64,000 nt of DNA from an uncultured Actinomycetota bacterium (GCA_963697565.1 CAVOOM010000009.1:70304-134303), one strand, 5' to 3'; positions 47,841-59,049 are shown, numbered from the stretch's first letter. Translations and numbers: made by a program. The notes: generated by a model from the sequence alone, not told the origin.

Positions 47841-49184
47841 AGCGCCTCCGGGTGGGTGAGCCGCGCCTCGAGCGCGGCCAGGTAGCGGCTGCCGAGCCGG
47901 CCGTCGGTGACCCGGTGGTCGGCGGCGAGGGTGGCGACGGTGACCGGCCGGACGAGGACGGCGCCGTCGACGGCGCAGGGCCGGTCGACCACGCGGCCGA
48001 AGCCGACGAGCGCCACCTGGGGCGGGTAGATGACGCCGTGGACGAGCTCGGCGCCCTGCTCGCCGAGGTTGGTGACGGTGAGGGTCGGGTCGCTCATCTC
48101 GGACCCGCGCAGGCGGCCGGCGCGGGCCCGGGAGACCAGGTCCTTGAGCGCGGCCATCAGGTCGACGAGCGCCAGGGTGTCGGCGTCGTGGATCGCGGGG
48201 GCGATCAGGCCGCCGCCGCGCAGCGCCACCGCGACCCCGAGGTGGACCTGCTCGGACCGCTGGAACCCGCTGTCGAGGTAGAACCCGTTGAGGTCCGGGA
48301 CCTCGCGCACCGCCAGCGCGGCGGCCTTGAGCAGGAGCGCGGCCGGAATGATCCGCTCGGAGGGCGGCCGCCCGGTGTTCCGCTCAGCCAGCCACTCCAT
48401 CGCCGGCCCGAGGTCGATCGACGTCTGCAGGTAGTAGTGCGGGATCTCGCGCTTCGAGCGGGCCATCAGCTGGCCGATCGCGGCGCGCATGGCCTCGGCG
48501 GGCGTGCGCTCGGCGGCGGGGCGGCCCGGGCCGCTGCAGGGCGCTCGGCCCCGGCGCCCGTGGGGCCGCGGCGGCCGCCTCGATCTCGGCGGCGCGGACC
48601 ACGCCTCCCGGCCGACCGGGGGCGACCACGGCGGGGTCCAGGCCGAGCTCGCGGGCCCGGCGGCGCGCGTACGGCGAGACGCGCGGCCGTTGCGCGGCGC
48701 GTGCGGCGGTGTCGACGTCATGCCGGGTCGGCTGGCCGTCCGGCCCGGAGCCGTGCACGGTCGCGAGGTCGACGCCGAGCTCGTGCGCGTGGTGGCGGAC
48801 GACGGGGGAGACCCGTGCCGGCGGCGGTGGGGCGGCCGTCGGGGCGGCCACTGTCGCAGTGGGGCGGGTGGGCGCGGGCTCGGGCTCAGGCTCCACCGGG
48901 GACTCGGATTCGGCCGCCGGCGCGGGAGCGGACCCGGTGAGAGGGGCCGCGCCCTCCAGGATCGTGGCCAGCGGGGTGCCGACGGGCACGGTCGTGCCGA
49001 CGGGCACGAGCAGCTCGCCGACCACCCCGTCCTGGAAGACCTCGACCTCGATGGCCGACTTGGAGGTGTCGACGACCGCCACGACCTGGCCGCGGTGCAC
49101 CGGATCCCCGGGCCCCACCAGCCACTCGATCAGCGTGCCCTCGTCCATGTCTGCGCCGAGCGAGGGCATCAGGTAGTCAGCCAC
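47837..49184 (-). pseudogene. 2-oxoacid dehydrogenase E2 (dihydrolipoamide acyltransferase): lipoyl domain, two PSBD-like segments, catalytic domain; +1 frameshift near 48540 as sequenced
   Basis: The N-terminal part is in ORF 48384..49247: [22 protein letters not shown]...VVDTSKSAIEVEV, VSPVVRHHAHELGVDL and VSPYARRRARELGLD. The C-terminal part is in ORF 47837..48721: REIPHYY...AADHRVTDG. Confidence 0.85.
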
Positions 49185-50175
49185 CGTCCAGCACCTCCCG
49201 CACCGCCGCCAGCACCCGGGGGACGCTGGGCAGGACGGCCTGCTCAAGGTGGCGGGCGTAGGGGATCGGGACCTCGGCCGAGCAGACCCGCTGCACGGGG
49301 GCGTCGAGGTCGTAGAAGGCCTGCTCCATCAGGATCGCGGAGATCTCGCCGGCGAGCGACCCGGTGCGCCAGCCCTCGTCCACGATCACCGCGCGGTGCG
49401 TGCGGGACACCGAGGCCACCAGGGTCGCGGTGTCGAGCGGTCGCAGGGTGCGCAGGTCGATCACCTCGGCGGAGACGCCGTCCGCGGCCAGGGACTCGGC
49501 CGCCTCCAACGTCAGCGGCAGGCTGCCGCCGTAGGTGATCAGCGTGACGTCGCTCCCGGCCCGCCGCACGGCCGCGCGGTCGAGGTCGACCGGCCCGGCG
49601 TCGGCGGGCAGCTCGCCCTCGACCCCGTACATCGACCCGTGCTCGAAGATGACGACCGGGTCCGGGTCCTGCAGGGCGGTCCAGAGCATGCCGCGGGCGT
49701 CGGCCAAGGTGGCCGGCTCGACGACGCGGAGCCCGGGCACGTGCGCGTACCAGTTCTCCAGGGAGTGCGAGTGCTGCGCCGCCAGCTGCCGGCCGGCCCC
49801 GGTGGTCATCCGGATGACCACCGGCACGTGGAACTGCCCGCCGCTCATGTGCAGCAGCGAGGCCGCGGTGTTGACGATCTGGTCGAGGGCGAGCAGCGAG
49901 AAGTTGACCGTCATGATCTCGACGATCGGCCGCATCCCGCCGAGCGCGGCGCCGATGCCGGCGCCGACGAAGCCGGACTCCGACAGCGGGGTGTCGCGGA
50001 TGCGCTCGGGGCCGAACTCCTCAAGCAGCCCCAGGCTGACGCCGAAGCCGCCGCCGTACGGGCCGACGTCCTCGCCCATCAGGAAGACGCGGTCGTCCCT
50101 GCGCATCGCGTCGCGGATGGCCTCGCGGATGGCCTCGCGGTACGTCATCCGGACGGTCTCAGTCAGGGCGGTCAT
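49177..50175 (-). CDS. 2-oxoacid dehydrogenase E1 component beta subunit
   Basis: ORF 49177..50175, intact. Motifs are [49 protein letters not shown] and MRPIVEIM. Confidence 0.9.
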   Translation of the reverse strand: MTALTETVRMTYREAIREAIRDAMRRDDRVFLMGEDVGPYGGGFGVSLGLLEEFGPERIRDTPLSESGFVGAGIGAALGGMRPIVEIMTVNFSLLALDQIVNTAASLLHMSGGQFHVPVVIRMTTGAGRQLAAQHSHSLENWYAHVPGLRVVEPATLADARGMLWTALQDPDPVVIFEHGSMYGVEGELPADAGPVDLDRAAVRRAGSDVTLITYGGSLPLTLEAAESLAADGVSAEVIDLRTLRPLDTATLVASVSRTHRAVIVDEGWRTGSLAGEISAILMEQAFYDLDAPVQRVCSAEVPIPYARHLEQAVLPSVPRVLAAVREVLDGG

Positions 50176-51157
50176 GAGGTCACCCGCTCACTCGTGACGA
50201 ACTGCGTCAGCGTCTCGATCGGCTCGTCGCTGCCCGCGTCGGCGAACGCGACGGCCTGCGTCGATCTCCGAGCCGATCTCGGCCTCCATCGCGGCGACGG
50301 CCTCGTCGTCGAGCAGCCCTTCGGCGCGCAGCCGCTCGCCCAGCAGCAGCAGGGGATCGCGCTCCTTCCAGTGCTCGATCTCGGCCTTGTTGCGGTAGCG
50401 GTCGGGGTCGTACATCGAGTGCGCTCGGAACCGGTAGGTCTTGGCCTCCAGGAACACCGGCCCGCCGCCGTCGCGCACGAGCTCGACCGCGCGGTGCGCG
50501 GCCTCCGCGACCGCAAGCACGTCCATCCCGTCGACGGTCCACGCGGGCACCTCGTACGCCGCCGCCTTCACCGCCAGGTTGGTCTCCGACTCCGAGCGCG
50601 CCAGGGCGGTGCCCATGGCGTACAGGTTGTTCTCGCACAAGAAGAGCACCGGCAGCCGCCAGAGCGCGGCCAGGTTGAGCGACTCGTGGAACTCGCCCTC
50701 GGCCATCGCGCCCTCGCCGAAGAAGCAGACCGTGACCCGGTCGCGCCCCTGCATCGCGTCGGCCAGCGCGAGCCCGACCGCCAGCGGCAGGCCGCCGGCG
50801 ACGATGCCGTTGCCCCCGTAGAGCCGGGTGGGCTCGTGGAACAGGTGCATCGAGCCGCCGCGTCCGCGGCAGACGCCCTCAACCCGGCCGTACATCTCGG
50901 CCATCACGGCGTCCATCGGGACGCCGCGCGCGAGCGCGTGCCCGTGCTCGCGGTACGTCGCGACGATCGCGTCGTCGGGCCGCAGCGCGCCCAGGACCCC
51001 GACGGCGACGGCCTCCTCGCCGATGTAGAGGTGCAGGAAGCCCGCGGATCTTCATTGCGCTGTACAGCTCGACGCAGCGCTCCTCGAACCGGCGGATGCG
51101 CAGCATCTCGCGGTACTGCTCGACCCCCCGGACCGGGTCCAGCGGGATGCCTGTCAC
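50172..51157 (-). pseudogene. 2-oxoacid dehydrogenase E1 component alpha subunit (TPP-binding); two +1 frameshifts near 51045 and 50262 as sequenced
   Basis: [39 protein letters not shown] joins FLHLYIGEE..., continues in ORF 50188..50916 ([47 protein letters not shown]), and ends with the tail [25 protein letters not shown] in ORF 50172..50516. Confidence 0.85.
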
Positions 51158-52945
51158 GGTGCCACCTCCAGCGTTGAGAGGTCCCCCTCGGGGAGCCCGA
51201 GTTCGCGCGCCTTCAGCAGCCGGCGCATGATCTTGCCGCTCTTCGTCTTGGGCAGGTCCGCCGCGAACGCGATGTCGCGGGGCGCCACGGCGGCGCCCAG
51301 CGACTTGCGGGCGAACCCGATCAGCTCCAGCCGCAGCTCGTCGGTGGGCTCGTACCCGGGGCGCAGCGCCACGAAGGCCTTGACCACCTCGCCGGCCACC
51401 GGGTCTGGCACGCCGATCACGCCGGCCTCCGCGACGGCCGGGTGCTCCATCAGCGCGCTCTCGACCTCGAAGGGGCCGATCAGGTGGCCGGCCGTCTTGA
51501 TGATGTCGTCGCCGCGCCCGATGAACCAGAACCAGCCGTCGGCGTCGCGCTTGGCCAGGTCGCCGGTGCGGTACCACCCGCCCGCAAAGGCCTTGCGGTA
51601 GCGGGGCTCGTCGTCGAGGTAGGTGCGCATCATGCTCGGCCAGGGGGTGCGCAGGGCGAGCTCGCCCTCGACCCCGGGCTCGGTCACCTGCTCGGGCTCG
51701 CCGTCGGCGTCGAGCACGACCTCGCCGAGCGGCGTCGCGTCGCAGCACGGTCGCCTCGATGCCGGGGACCGGGCGGCCCATCGCGCCGGGGCGGATCTCG
51801 GCGCAGGCGTAGTTGGCGACCATGATCGCGCCGGTCTCGGTCTGCCACCAGGTGTCGTGCACGGGCTTGCCGAAGGCCTCCTGGCCCCAGACGACCACCT
51901 CGGGGTTGAGCGGCTCGCCCACGCTCGCGACGTGGCGCAGGGCGGACAGGTCGTGCCCGCGGGCGTGCTCGGCGCCGGCGCGCATCAGCATGCGCAGCGC
52001 GGTGGGCGCGGTGTACCAGACGGTGACCCGCTGCTCCTCGAGGATTGTGTACCAGCGGTCGGCGTCGAACTCCTCCTCGTCGACGATGCTCGTCACCCCG
52101 CACGTGAGCGGCGCGACGATCCCGTACGACGTGCCGGTGACCCAGCCCGGGTCGGCCGTGCACCAGAACACGTCGTCGCCGTCGCCGAGGTCGAGGACCG
52201 AGCGCGCGGTGGCCTGGTGCGCGACGACGGCCTGGTGGACGTGGACGACCCCCTTCGGCTTCCCGGTCGTGCCGCTGGTGAAGTGCAGCAGCGACCAGTC
52301 CTCGGGGTCGGTCGGGGGCACGGGTCCGGGGTCGGGGGCCTCGGCCAGCAACGCCTGCAGGTCGTGCACGCCGCCGTCGGTGAAGCGCTCGGCCCCGGGC
52401 CCGGCGATGAGCACGTGGGCGAGGTCCGGCAGCTGGTCGCGGATGGGCGCGACCTTGCGCCGGTAGAGCGACGCCGTGGTCACCAGCACACGGCCGGTGC
52501 CCAGCTCCAGCCGCTGCCGGACCGGCTCGGGGCCGAACGCGCTGAACAGCGGGCAGAACACGGCGCGGTGCCGCAGGGTGCCGAGCAGCGCGGCGTACAG
52601 CTCCGGCCGGCGGGTGAGCAGGCCGAACACCCGCTCGCCGGGCTGGATCCCAAGCGCGGTGAGCACGCCGTCGAACCGCCGGGCCCGGTCGGCCAGCATC
52701 GCGTACGTGACGTCCTCGTCGAGCCCGTCCGGGCCGAGGAACCGAAGGGCGACCTGGTCGCCGCGGCCATGGGCCACATGGCGTTCGGCCGCCTCGTACG
52801 CGATGTTCAACCCGGCGCCGTCGGGCAGGCCGTCGAGGGCGCCCCGGGCCTCCGCCCAGCTGAACGACCGGCGCGCCGCCTCGTAGTCGGGCATCCGCGC
52901 GGCCGCCACCTGCTCGGCCGTCTTGCCGATCACATCCCAGGTCAC
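51154..52945 (-). pseudogene. AMP-forming acyl-CoA/acyl-carrier ligase (AcsA-like adenylate-forming enzyme); +1 frameshift near 51745 as sequenced
   Basis: The N-terminal part is in ORF 50879..52945 ([35 protein letters not shown]). The C-terminal part is in ORF 51154..51717 ([39 protein letters not shown]). GTG start at 52945; the stop overlaps the E1alpha start. Confidence 0.85.
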
Positions 52946-53196
52946 CGCGTACCCCCTCGTGGTGTGCAGTTCCGTGACCAGCCGATCACTCGGCCAGGGG
53001 CCCGTCTATAGGTCTGATGTCCCTTGATCACCGGGCGCAGCCGGCAAACCGATCCCTTGGCGGGAAGGGGACTTGCGGCCCTGCCGGGGCTTTCGATAGA
53101 TGCGATCGGATGGAGGTGACCACGACAGGCCGCGTCCTCTAGGGCTGGAGGCCAGTGGGGCTTTCGGGCTGCCGCGCGGCCAGGAAGGAGCGGGTC

Positions 53197-53920
53197 ATGA
53201 CACGCGGTCATGGCCGCCGGATGACGCTCGCGGTGTTCGCCGCCCTGATGTTGGCCGCGGTGCCGGTGGGGGCAGCCCTCGGCGCTGATGCGACCGGCTG
53301 CTCCGGCTCGGCGGTCTCATCCGACGCTGATGGCAACCTGCTGGACAAGATGAGCGCTCCCGGAGCCGCGCGGCACCTTCGACGAGCCATTCGTCGTCGA
53401 TCTCGACGGGACGGTGTCGTGGCAGGGCGGCACTCCCGTTGCCCTCCAGGACGGGAGCTGGTCGGTCACGGTCGGCGGGTTCCCGGTCGCCTCTGGCGAC
53501 ATGCAGAACGGCGAGGCGGTGACCACGAAGTCCGGCGATTCCGAGGTCTCGGCGCTTCCCGCGGTTGCCAAGGCTCCTCTTGAGGGCAAGCAGAAGGTCC
53601 CCGTCGTCGTGGATATCAGCACGGCCACTGGTGACTGCTCGGCGACGATCTACGTCACCACCGATCAGCCGCCAGCCTTCACCCCGCTGTGGTGGGCCGG
53701 GATGGCGCTCATGTTGTTCGCAGTCTTCCTGCTGTGGGTCCTGCTCAGCCGCACGATCATCGAGTTCGGGCTTAGCCCGGATGAGGTTCGCGCAGAAAAC
53801 ACTTCAACACGCGGCTCTTCTGGTGGGACTTACGTCTCCGGTCAGACGGTTCTCGGTGGGTCTGGCTCGGCCCCTGGTGCCCCCTCGACCCAAACGCCCG
53901 ACAAGGGGGTCTTGCCATGA
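53197..53920 (+). pseudogene. secreted, C-terminally membrane-anchored protein of unknown function; +1 frameshift near 53368 as sequenced
   Basis: AGGAAGGAG precedes the ATG at 53197. Signal peptide MTRGHGRRMTLAVFAALMLAAVPVGAALGADA (ORF 53155..53583) joins GTFDEPFVVDLDGTVSWQGG... (ORF 53414..53920). A TM helix reads LWWAGMALMLFAVFLLWVLL. Confidence 0.55.
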
Positions 53921-53969
53921 CCACGGCTCCGATGACACGGCCAAGCCGAAGGTGCACCGGCACCGGGTG

Positions 53970-54143
53970 ATGGGGTTCTTCGCCGGGCTGCTGTTCGGCG
54001 TCGGCCTCGTCCTGATGCTGTTCGTCTACGGGATCATCGCGATGACCTGGGTGCCGCTGGCGATCGCCGCCGGGGTGGGCGCCCTGCTGGGCATCCTGCT
54101 CGCCTCGGTCGTCCCGGGACGCAAGCCCAAGCCCAAGAAGTAG
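53970..54143 (+). CDS. 57-aa two-TM mini membrane protein with a Lys/Pro tail
   Basis: The 3' part of ORF 53565..54143 reads MGFFAGLLFGVGLVLMLFVYGIIAMTWVPLAIAAGVGALLGILLASVVPGRKPKPKK. An alternative GTG lies at 53952. Confidence 0.45.
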   Translation: MGFFAGLLFGVGLVLMLFVYGIIAMTWVPLAIAAGVGALLGILLASVVPGRKPKPKK

Positions 54144-54181
54144 CGGACCAAGATCCGGGGGCGCGGCCCCGGACTGGCGGG

Positions 54182-55369
54182 ATGGGGCCCGTGAGCGACC
54201 CGTCTGGTCAGGACCCGGTCGCGGGCTTCGCTGGGGCCGAGGCCGAAGAGCCCGCACGCCGGCCAACGACCGAGCCGCCCGAAGACGCAGGTCTGCCGAA
54301 GGACCGCCCAAGGGGATCGGCCGGCGGATCGTCTCCGGCTTCCTGTCGTACGGCGTGATCATCCTCGTCGTCTACTACCTGCTGGAGGCCTGGCGGGCGC
54401 GGAGACGACCCAGGCCGCCTTCGCCGCGATCACCCCGGCCCAGGTGGCGCTGTTCACCGCCCTCGGGGTGGTGAACCTCGCGACGAACTGGCCGCCCATC
54501 GCGATCGCGTGCCCGGAATGCGGATCCGCGAGGCCGCGGTCACCAACACCGCGGCGGCGGCGCTGTCCAACACCGTGCCCGAGGGCGGCGCGGTCGCCAC
54601 CGGGCTCAACTTCGCCATGCTCCGCTCCTGGGGCTTCCCGCTCTCCGACATCACCTCCGAGGTGGTGGTCACCGGCACCTGGTCGCAGATGACCAAGTAC
54701 CTGCTGCTCGGACTGTCGATGGTGGCCGTCTTCCTGCAGGGGTGGGGCCCGGAGTGGATCGGGTGGGCGGCGCTCGCTGTGTGCGTGCTGTACGCGGTGG
54801 CGGTGGTCGTCCTGGCCATGATCCTGCGCAGCGACGCCCTGGCCGCGCGAATCGGCCAGCTGAGCGACCGGGTCTGGGGCTGGCTGACCGGCCTCGTACG
54901 GCACCGGAAGGCGGCGCACCTGGCCGAGGCGCTGCCCAAGTTCCGCACCATGATGGTGGCCCTGCTCGCCGTCTGCTGGGGCCGCCTCACCGCCGCCATG
55001 CTCGTCTCGCAGCTCACCGCGGCGGCCGTCCTGGGCATCGCCTGCCGCGTTCAGGGCCTGGACCAGGCGACGGTCTCCTGGGCGGTGATCCTGGTGGCGT
55101 GGGGCGGGGCGACGCTGGCGTCCCTGATCATCCCGGTGCCCGGGGGCATCGGGGTGGCCGAGGTGGTGCTCACCGCGATCCTCGGCTTCGGGCTGCCCGC
55201 GTCCGACCAAGCGGCGGTGCTCGCCGCCGTGCTCCTCTACCGGCTGGCGACCTTCCTGGTCCCCATCCCGATCGGGCTGGTCAGCTACCTCTACTGGCGC
55301 AAGTCCAAGGCGTGGCGCCGCCCGGTCGACTCACGCCGGGTGCGCCTGCCCGCGCAGCCCTCGGCCTGA
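54182..55369 (+). pseudogene. UPF0104 / lysylphosphatidylglycerol-synthase transmembrane-domain (MprF flippase-like) protein; about three frameshifts (near 54296, 54392, 54506) as sequenced
   Basis: The segments MGPVSDPSGQ..., IGRRIVSGFLSYGVIILVVYYLLEA, AGAETTQAAFAAITPAQVALFTALGVVNLATNWPPIAIA and ORF 54509..55369 (...IIPVPGGIGVAEVVLTAIL...) lie in different frames but read through as one membrane protein. Confidence 0.7.
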
Positions 55370-55396
55370 GGCCGACGGAGCGCCCGCCGCAGCCGG

Positions 55397-56777
55397 TCAG
55401 CCGGCGGCCGCGGCGACCAGCTCGTCCAGCGACTCCTGGATCGCGTCGCACAGCACGTCAAGGTCCGGCACGGCGTCGTAGTCGCCGGTCACCCCGAAGG
55501 CCACCTGCCCGTTGTACGTCGCGATGCCGATGCTGATCCGCACGCCCTCGGCGATCGGGACGTAGGGGATCACCTCGCGCATGCGGCGACCCAGCAGGTA
55601 CAGCGGCTGCTGCGGCCCCGGGATGTTGGTGGTGACGGTGTTGACCAGCCGCTGGCCGGTCTTGGCCACCACCCGCCCGCTCACCACCATCACCCCTACC
55701 GGAAGGAAGTCGGCAGCAGAGAAGACGGCGTCGATCCCGGCCGCCGCCCCGCTGCGCTTGAGGTGGTCGAGCTGGCCGGAGACGGCGGCGAGGCGCTCAA
55801 GCGGGTCCGCCAGGCCGACCGGCAGCTCGGCCAGCACGGCGGTCACCCGGTTGCCCAGCTGGCCGTGCTCGTGGGGGAGTCGAAGCGACACCGGCACCAG
55901 CGACCGGAGGAGGTCGTCCTCGACGGTCTCGCCCCGGCTCGCCAGGTACTCGCGGAATCCACCCGTGATCGCGGCCAGCAGCACGTCGTTGACCGTGCTG
56001 CCCGTGGCGTTCTTCACCGCCTTCACCTCGGCCAGGTCGCCCCTCGCCCAGGCCCACCGCCGGTGCGGGCTCAGCGGGCCGTTCAGGACGCTCGTCGGGT
56101 GTGTGGCGGCCCGGCCGATCTGGCCGACTCCGTACGCGCGGGCGGCGGCAGTGCGGGTGCTCTCGATCGGCGACCGCACGCCGCCGACGAGGGCGCGGCC
56201 GATCTCGACGGGGATGCGCGCGGTCCAGGCGGCACTCGAGCCGACCAGGGCGCGGCGGGAGGGCGCCGGGGTCGGCCGCCACGTGGAGGCGGTTGACGGA
56301 GGGCGCCTCGGGATCCAGGTCCAGCATGAGCTGCAGGACGTCGTTGCCGGAGACGCCGTCGATCATCGCGTGGTGCACCTTCGACAGCACGGCCCACCGC
56401 CGGCGCGGCAGCCCCTCGATGAGCCACATCTCCCACAGCGGCCGGTCGCGGTCGAGGCGCTGCCCCATCACCCGCCCGCACAGGGTCCGGAGCTGGGCCT
56501 CGTCTCCGGGCCGGGGGATGGCGGAGTGCCGCAGGTGGTGGGTCAGCGAGAAGTGCGGGTCGTCGACCCACAGCGGACGGGCGACGCCCAGCGGCATCGG
56601 CTGGATCCGCTGGCGGTAACGCGGGAGCGCGTCGAGCCGCGACTCGATGTGGGCGCTGAACTCGCCGTAGTCCGGCGCCGGACCGTCGAAGGCCATCAGC
56701 CAGCCGACGTGCATCTGCTGGGTCTCGTTCTCGATCTGCAGGAAGGCGCAATCCAGCGCGCTGAGCCGGTCAGCCAT
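55397..56777 (-). pseudogene. wax ester synthase / diacylglycerol acyltransferase (WS/DGAT); +1 frameshift near 56285 as sequenced
   Basis: ORF 55797..56777 carries the N-terminus MADRLSALDCAFLQIE...HHAMIDGVSG. The frame of ORF 55397..56179 continues WRPTPAPSRRALVGSSAAWTARIPVEIG...NIPGPQQPLYLLG. Confidence 0.85.
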
Positions 56778-56903
56778 GGTCGTGCTCCACCCAGGGGCCC
56801 ATGCGTGCCAGCATGCGCGATCCGGCGCCCGAGCGTGGCGCGGTCGCCCAACTTCGCGGTGCGGGCTCCCCTTCGCGGGGCGCGGGGCCTAGTGTCACGC
56901 CGC

Positions 56904-59049
56904 ATGCGAGAGAGAAGCCCGGCCAGGCCATCCAAGTGGAGACTGAGGCTCGGTGACCTCGGTCGGTTTGCGGTGGGCTTGGTCGCGGCCATGGCGGGCC
57001 TCATGCTGTCCGACTGGCTGCTGCCCGGCTTCGACGTGGACGGTTGGGATCAGGCCTTCATCGCGGCGCTCTCCATCGCGATCTGGAGCGCCCTCCTGCG
57101 CCCGGTCCTGGTGGCGCTGGCCACCCGGCTCGGCTGGGTGGGAGCCCTGCTGCTGGCGGTCTTCGGGCAGGCGTTCATCATCTGGCTGACGTTCTGGGAA
57201 CCCGGCGTCAGCGGCGTCTCCTTCCTGTCGGCGATCGTCGCCGCATGGATCGTCGCCATCGTCTCGACGGGCGCGGTGTGGGTGGTCACGGCGGGCACCG
57301 ACGAGGCGGTGACGGCCGGCCTGGTCCGCAAGGCCAGCCGCCGCAAGGGGACCGTCCTGCCCGACGCGGATGTCCCGGGCGTGGTCTTCGTGCAGGCCGA
57401 CGGCGTGCCGTTCCCGGTCCTCGAGTTGGGCGTGAAGGGCGGCACCCTTCCGACCCTCTCGCGCTGGGTGCGCAGCGGCTCGCACCAGATGGCCGAGTGG
57501 CGGCCCCGGCTGCCCGCGACCACGCCGGCCAGCCAGATGGGCATCCTGCACGGGACCAATGAGGGCATCCCCGCCTTCCGGTGGGTGGACCGGCCGACCG
57601 GGCGGGTGTTCGTCGCCAACAAGCCCGCCGACGCCGCCGACATCGAGGCCCTGCACTCCGACGGGCACGGCCTGCTCGCCGACGACGGCGTCTCGGTGAG
57701 CAACCTCTTCACCGGCGACGCCCCGACCGCCTACGTCACGATGAGCGCCATCAAGCGGACGCAGGAGACGAAGGAGGCCCGGGCGTCGGTCTCCCGGTTC
57801 CTGGCAAGGCCCGACGGGCTGGCCCGTGGGCTGTCGCGGACGATCAGCGAGATCGTCCGCGAGCGCTTCCAGGCCAGGCGGGCGATCCGGCAGGGACTTC
57901 CGGCCGCGGGTGCACCGCGGCTGGGGCTTCGCCGGCGAGCGGGCCGCGCTCAACGGGGTGCTGCGCGACCTGAACACCTCTTTGGTGGCGGAGTCGATGC
58001 TGGCTGGCCGCCGCTCGATCTACGTGGACTACGTCGACTACGACGCGATGGCCCACCACGCCGGGATCCTGCGGCAGGAGTCGATGGACGCGCTGGCCGG
58101 CATCGACGCGGTGCTGGCGCAGCTCGAGAAGGTCGCCGAGGTCGCGCCGCGCCCGTACCGGTTCGTCGTGCTGTCCGACCACGGGCAGTCGCAGGGGGAG
58201 GTCTTCGCCGACCGCTACGGAGAGGACCTGGCGACGCTGGTCGGGCGGCTGGCCGACGCCCACGTGACGGCCGCGATCGACGCCGACTCCGAGGGGGCCG
58301 GGCGGGTGAACGCGTTCGCCGCCTCCGCCGGCAGCAGCCAGACCATCCTGGGCCGAACCCTCGACCGGGCGGCGGACCGGTTGAGCCCCGGCGAGTACGC
58401 GAAGGACGCGCCCGCAGAGGGATCCGGGCCGCCACCGACGCGGCCGCCGGAGGCCGAGCCATCGGCCGTCGCCGACGAGTTCCTCGTGTTCGGCTCCGGC
58501 AACCTGGGGCTGGTCTACGTCGCCGGCGAAGACCACCGGCTGACGAGCGAGGAGCTGGCCGAGCGGTTCCCCGCGCTGGTGCCCGGCCTCGTCGAGCACC
58601 CGGGCGTGGGGTTCGTGGTGGTCGAGTCGGCCGCCGACGGGCCGGTCGTCCTCGGGGCCGAGGGCGAGCACCGGCTGCGAGACGGCATGGTGACGGGCAC
58701 GGACCCGTTGGGTCCGTTCGGCCCGGACGCCGCCGCCTTCGTGCTGCGGGTGACCCGGATGCCGGAGTGCCCGGACGTGCTGGTCAACAGCCTGCTCGAC
58801 TCGATGGGCGAGGTCGCCGCGTTCGAGGGGCTGGTCGGCTGCCACGGCGGGCTCGGCGGGTGGCAGGACCGGGCCATGATGGTGTGGCCCGCCGACCTCC
58901 CGGCGCCTGACGCGATGGTGGTCGGCGCCGAGGGCGTCCACGAGGTGCTCGTGGGCTGGCTGGAGCACCTCGGCCACCGGCGCGACCTGCCGCAGCGCCG
59001 ACCACGCCCGTACGACGAGCAGCTCCGGGAGCGGGCGGGCAAGGCCTAG
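56904..59049 (+). pseudogene. membrane protein: holin-like 4-TM N-terminal domain fused to an alkaline-phosphatase/type I phosphodiesterase-family domain; +1 frameshift near 57893 as sequenced
   Basis: ATG at 56904 lies in the frame of ORF 55581..58910 (LLPGFDVDGWDQAFIAALSIAIWSALLRPVL...). ORF 57826..59049 continues with DYVDYDAMAHHAG, VVLSDHGQS and CHGGLGGWQ. Confidence 0.8.
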
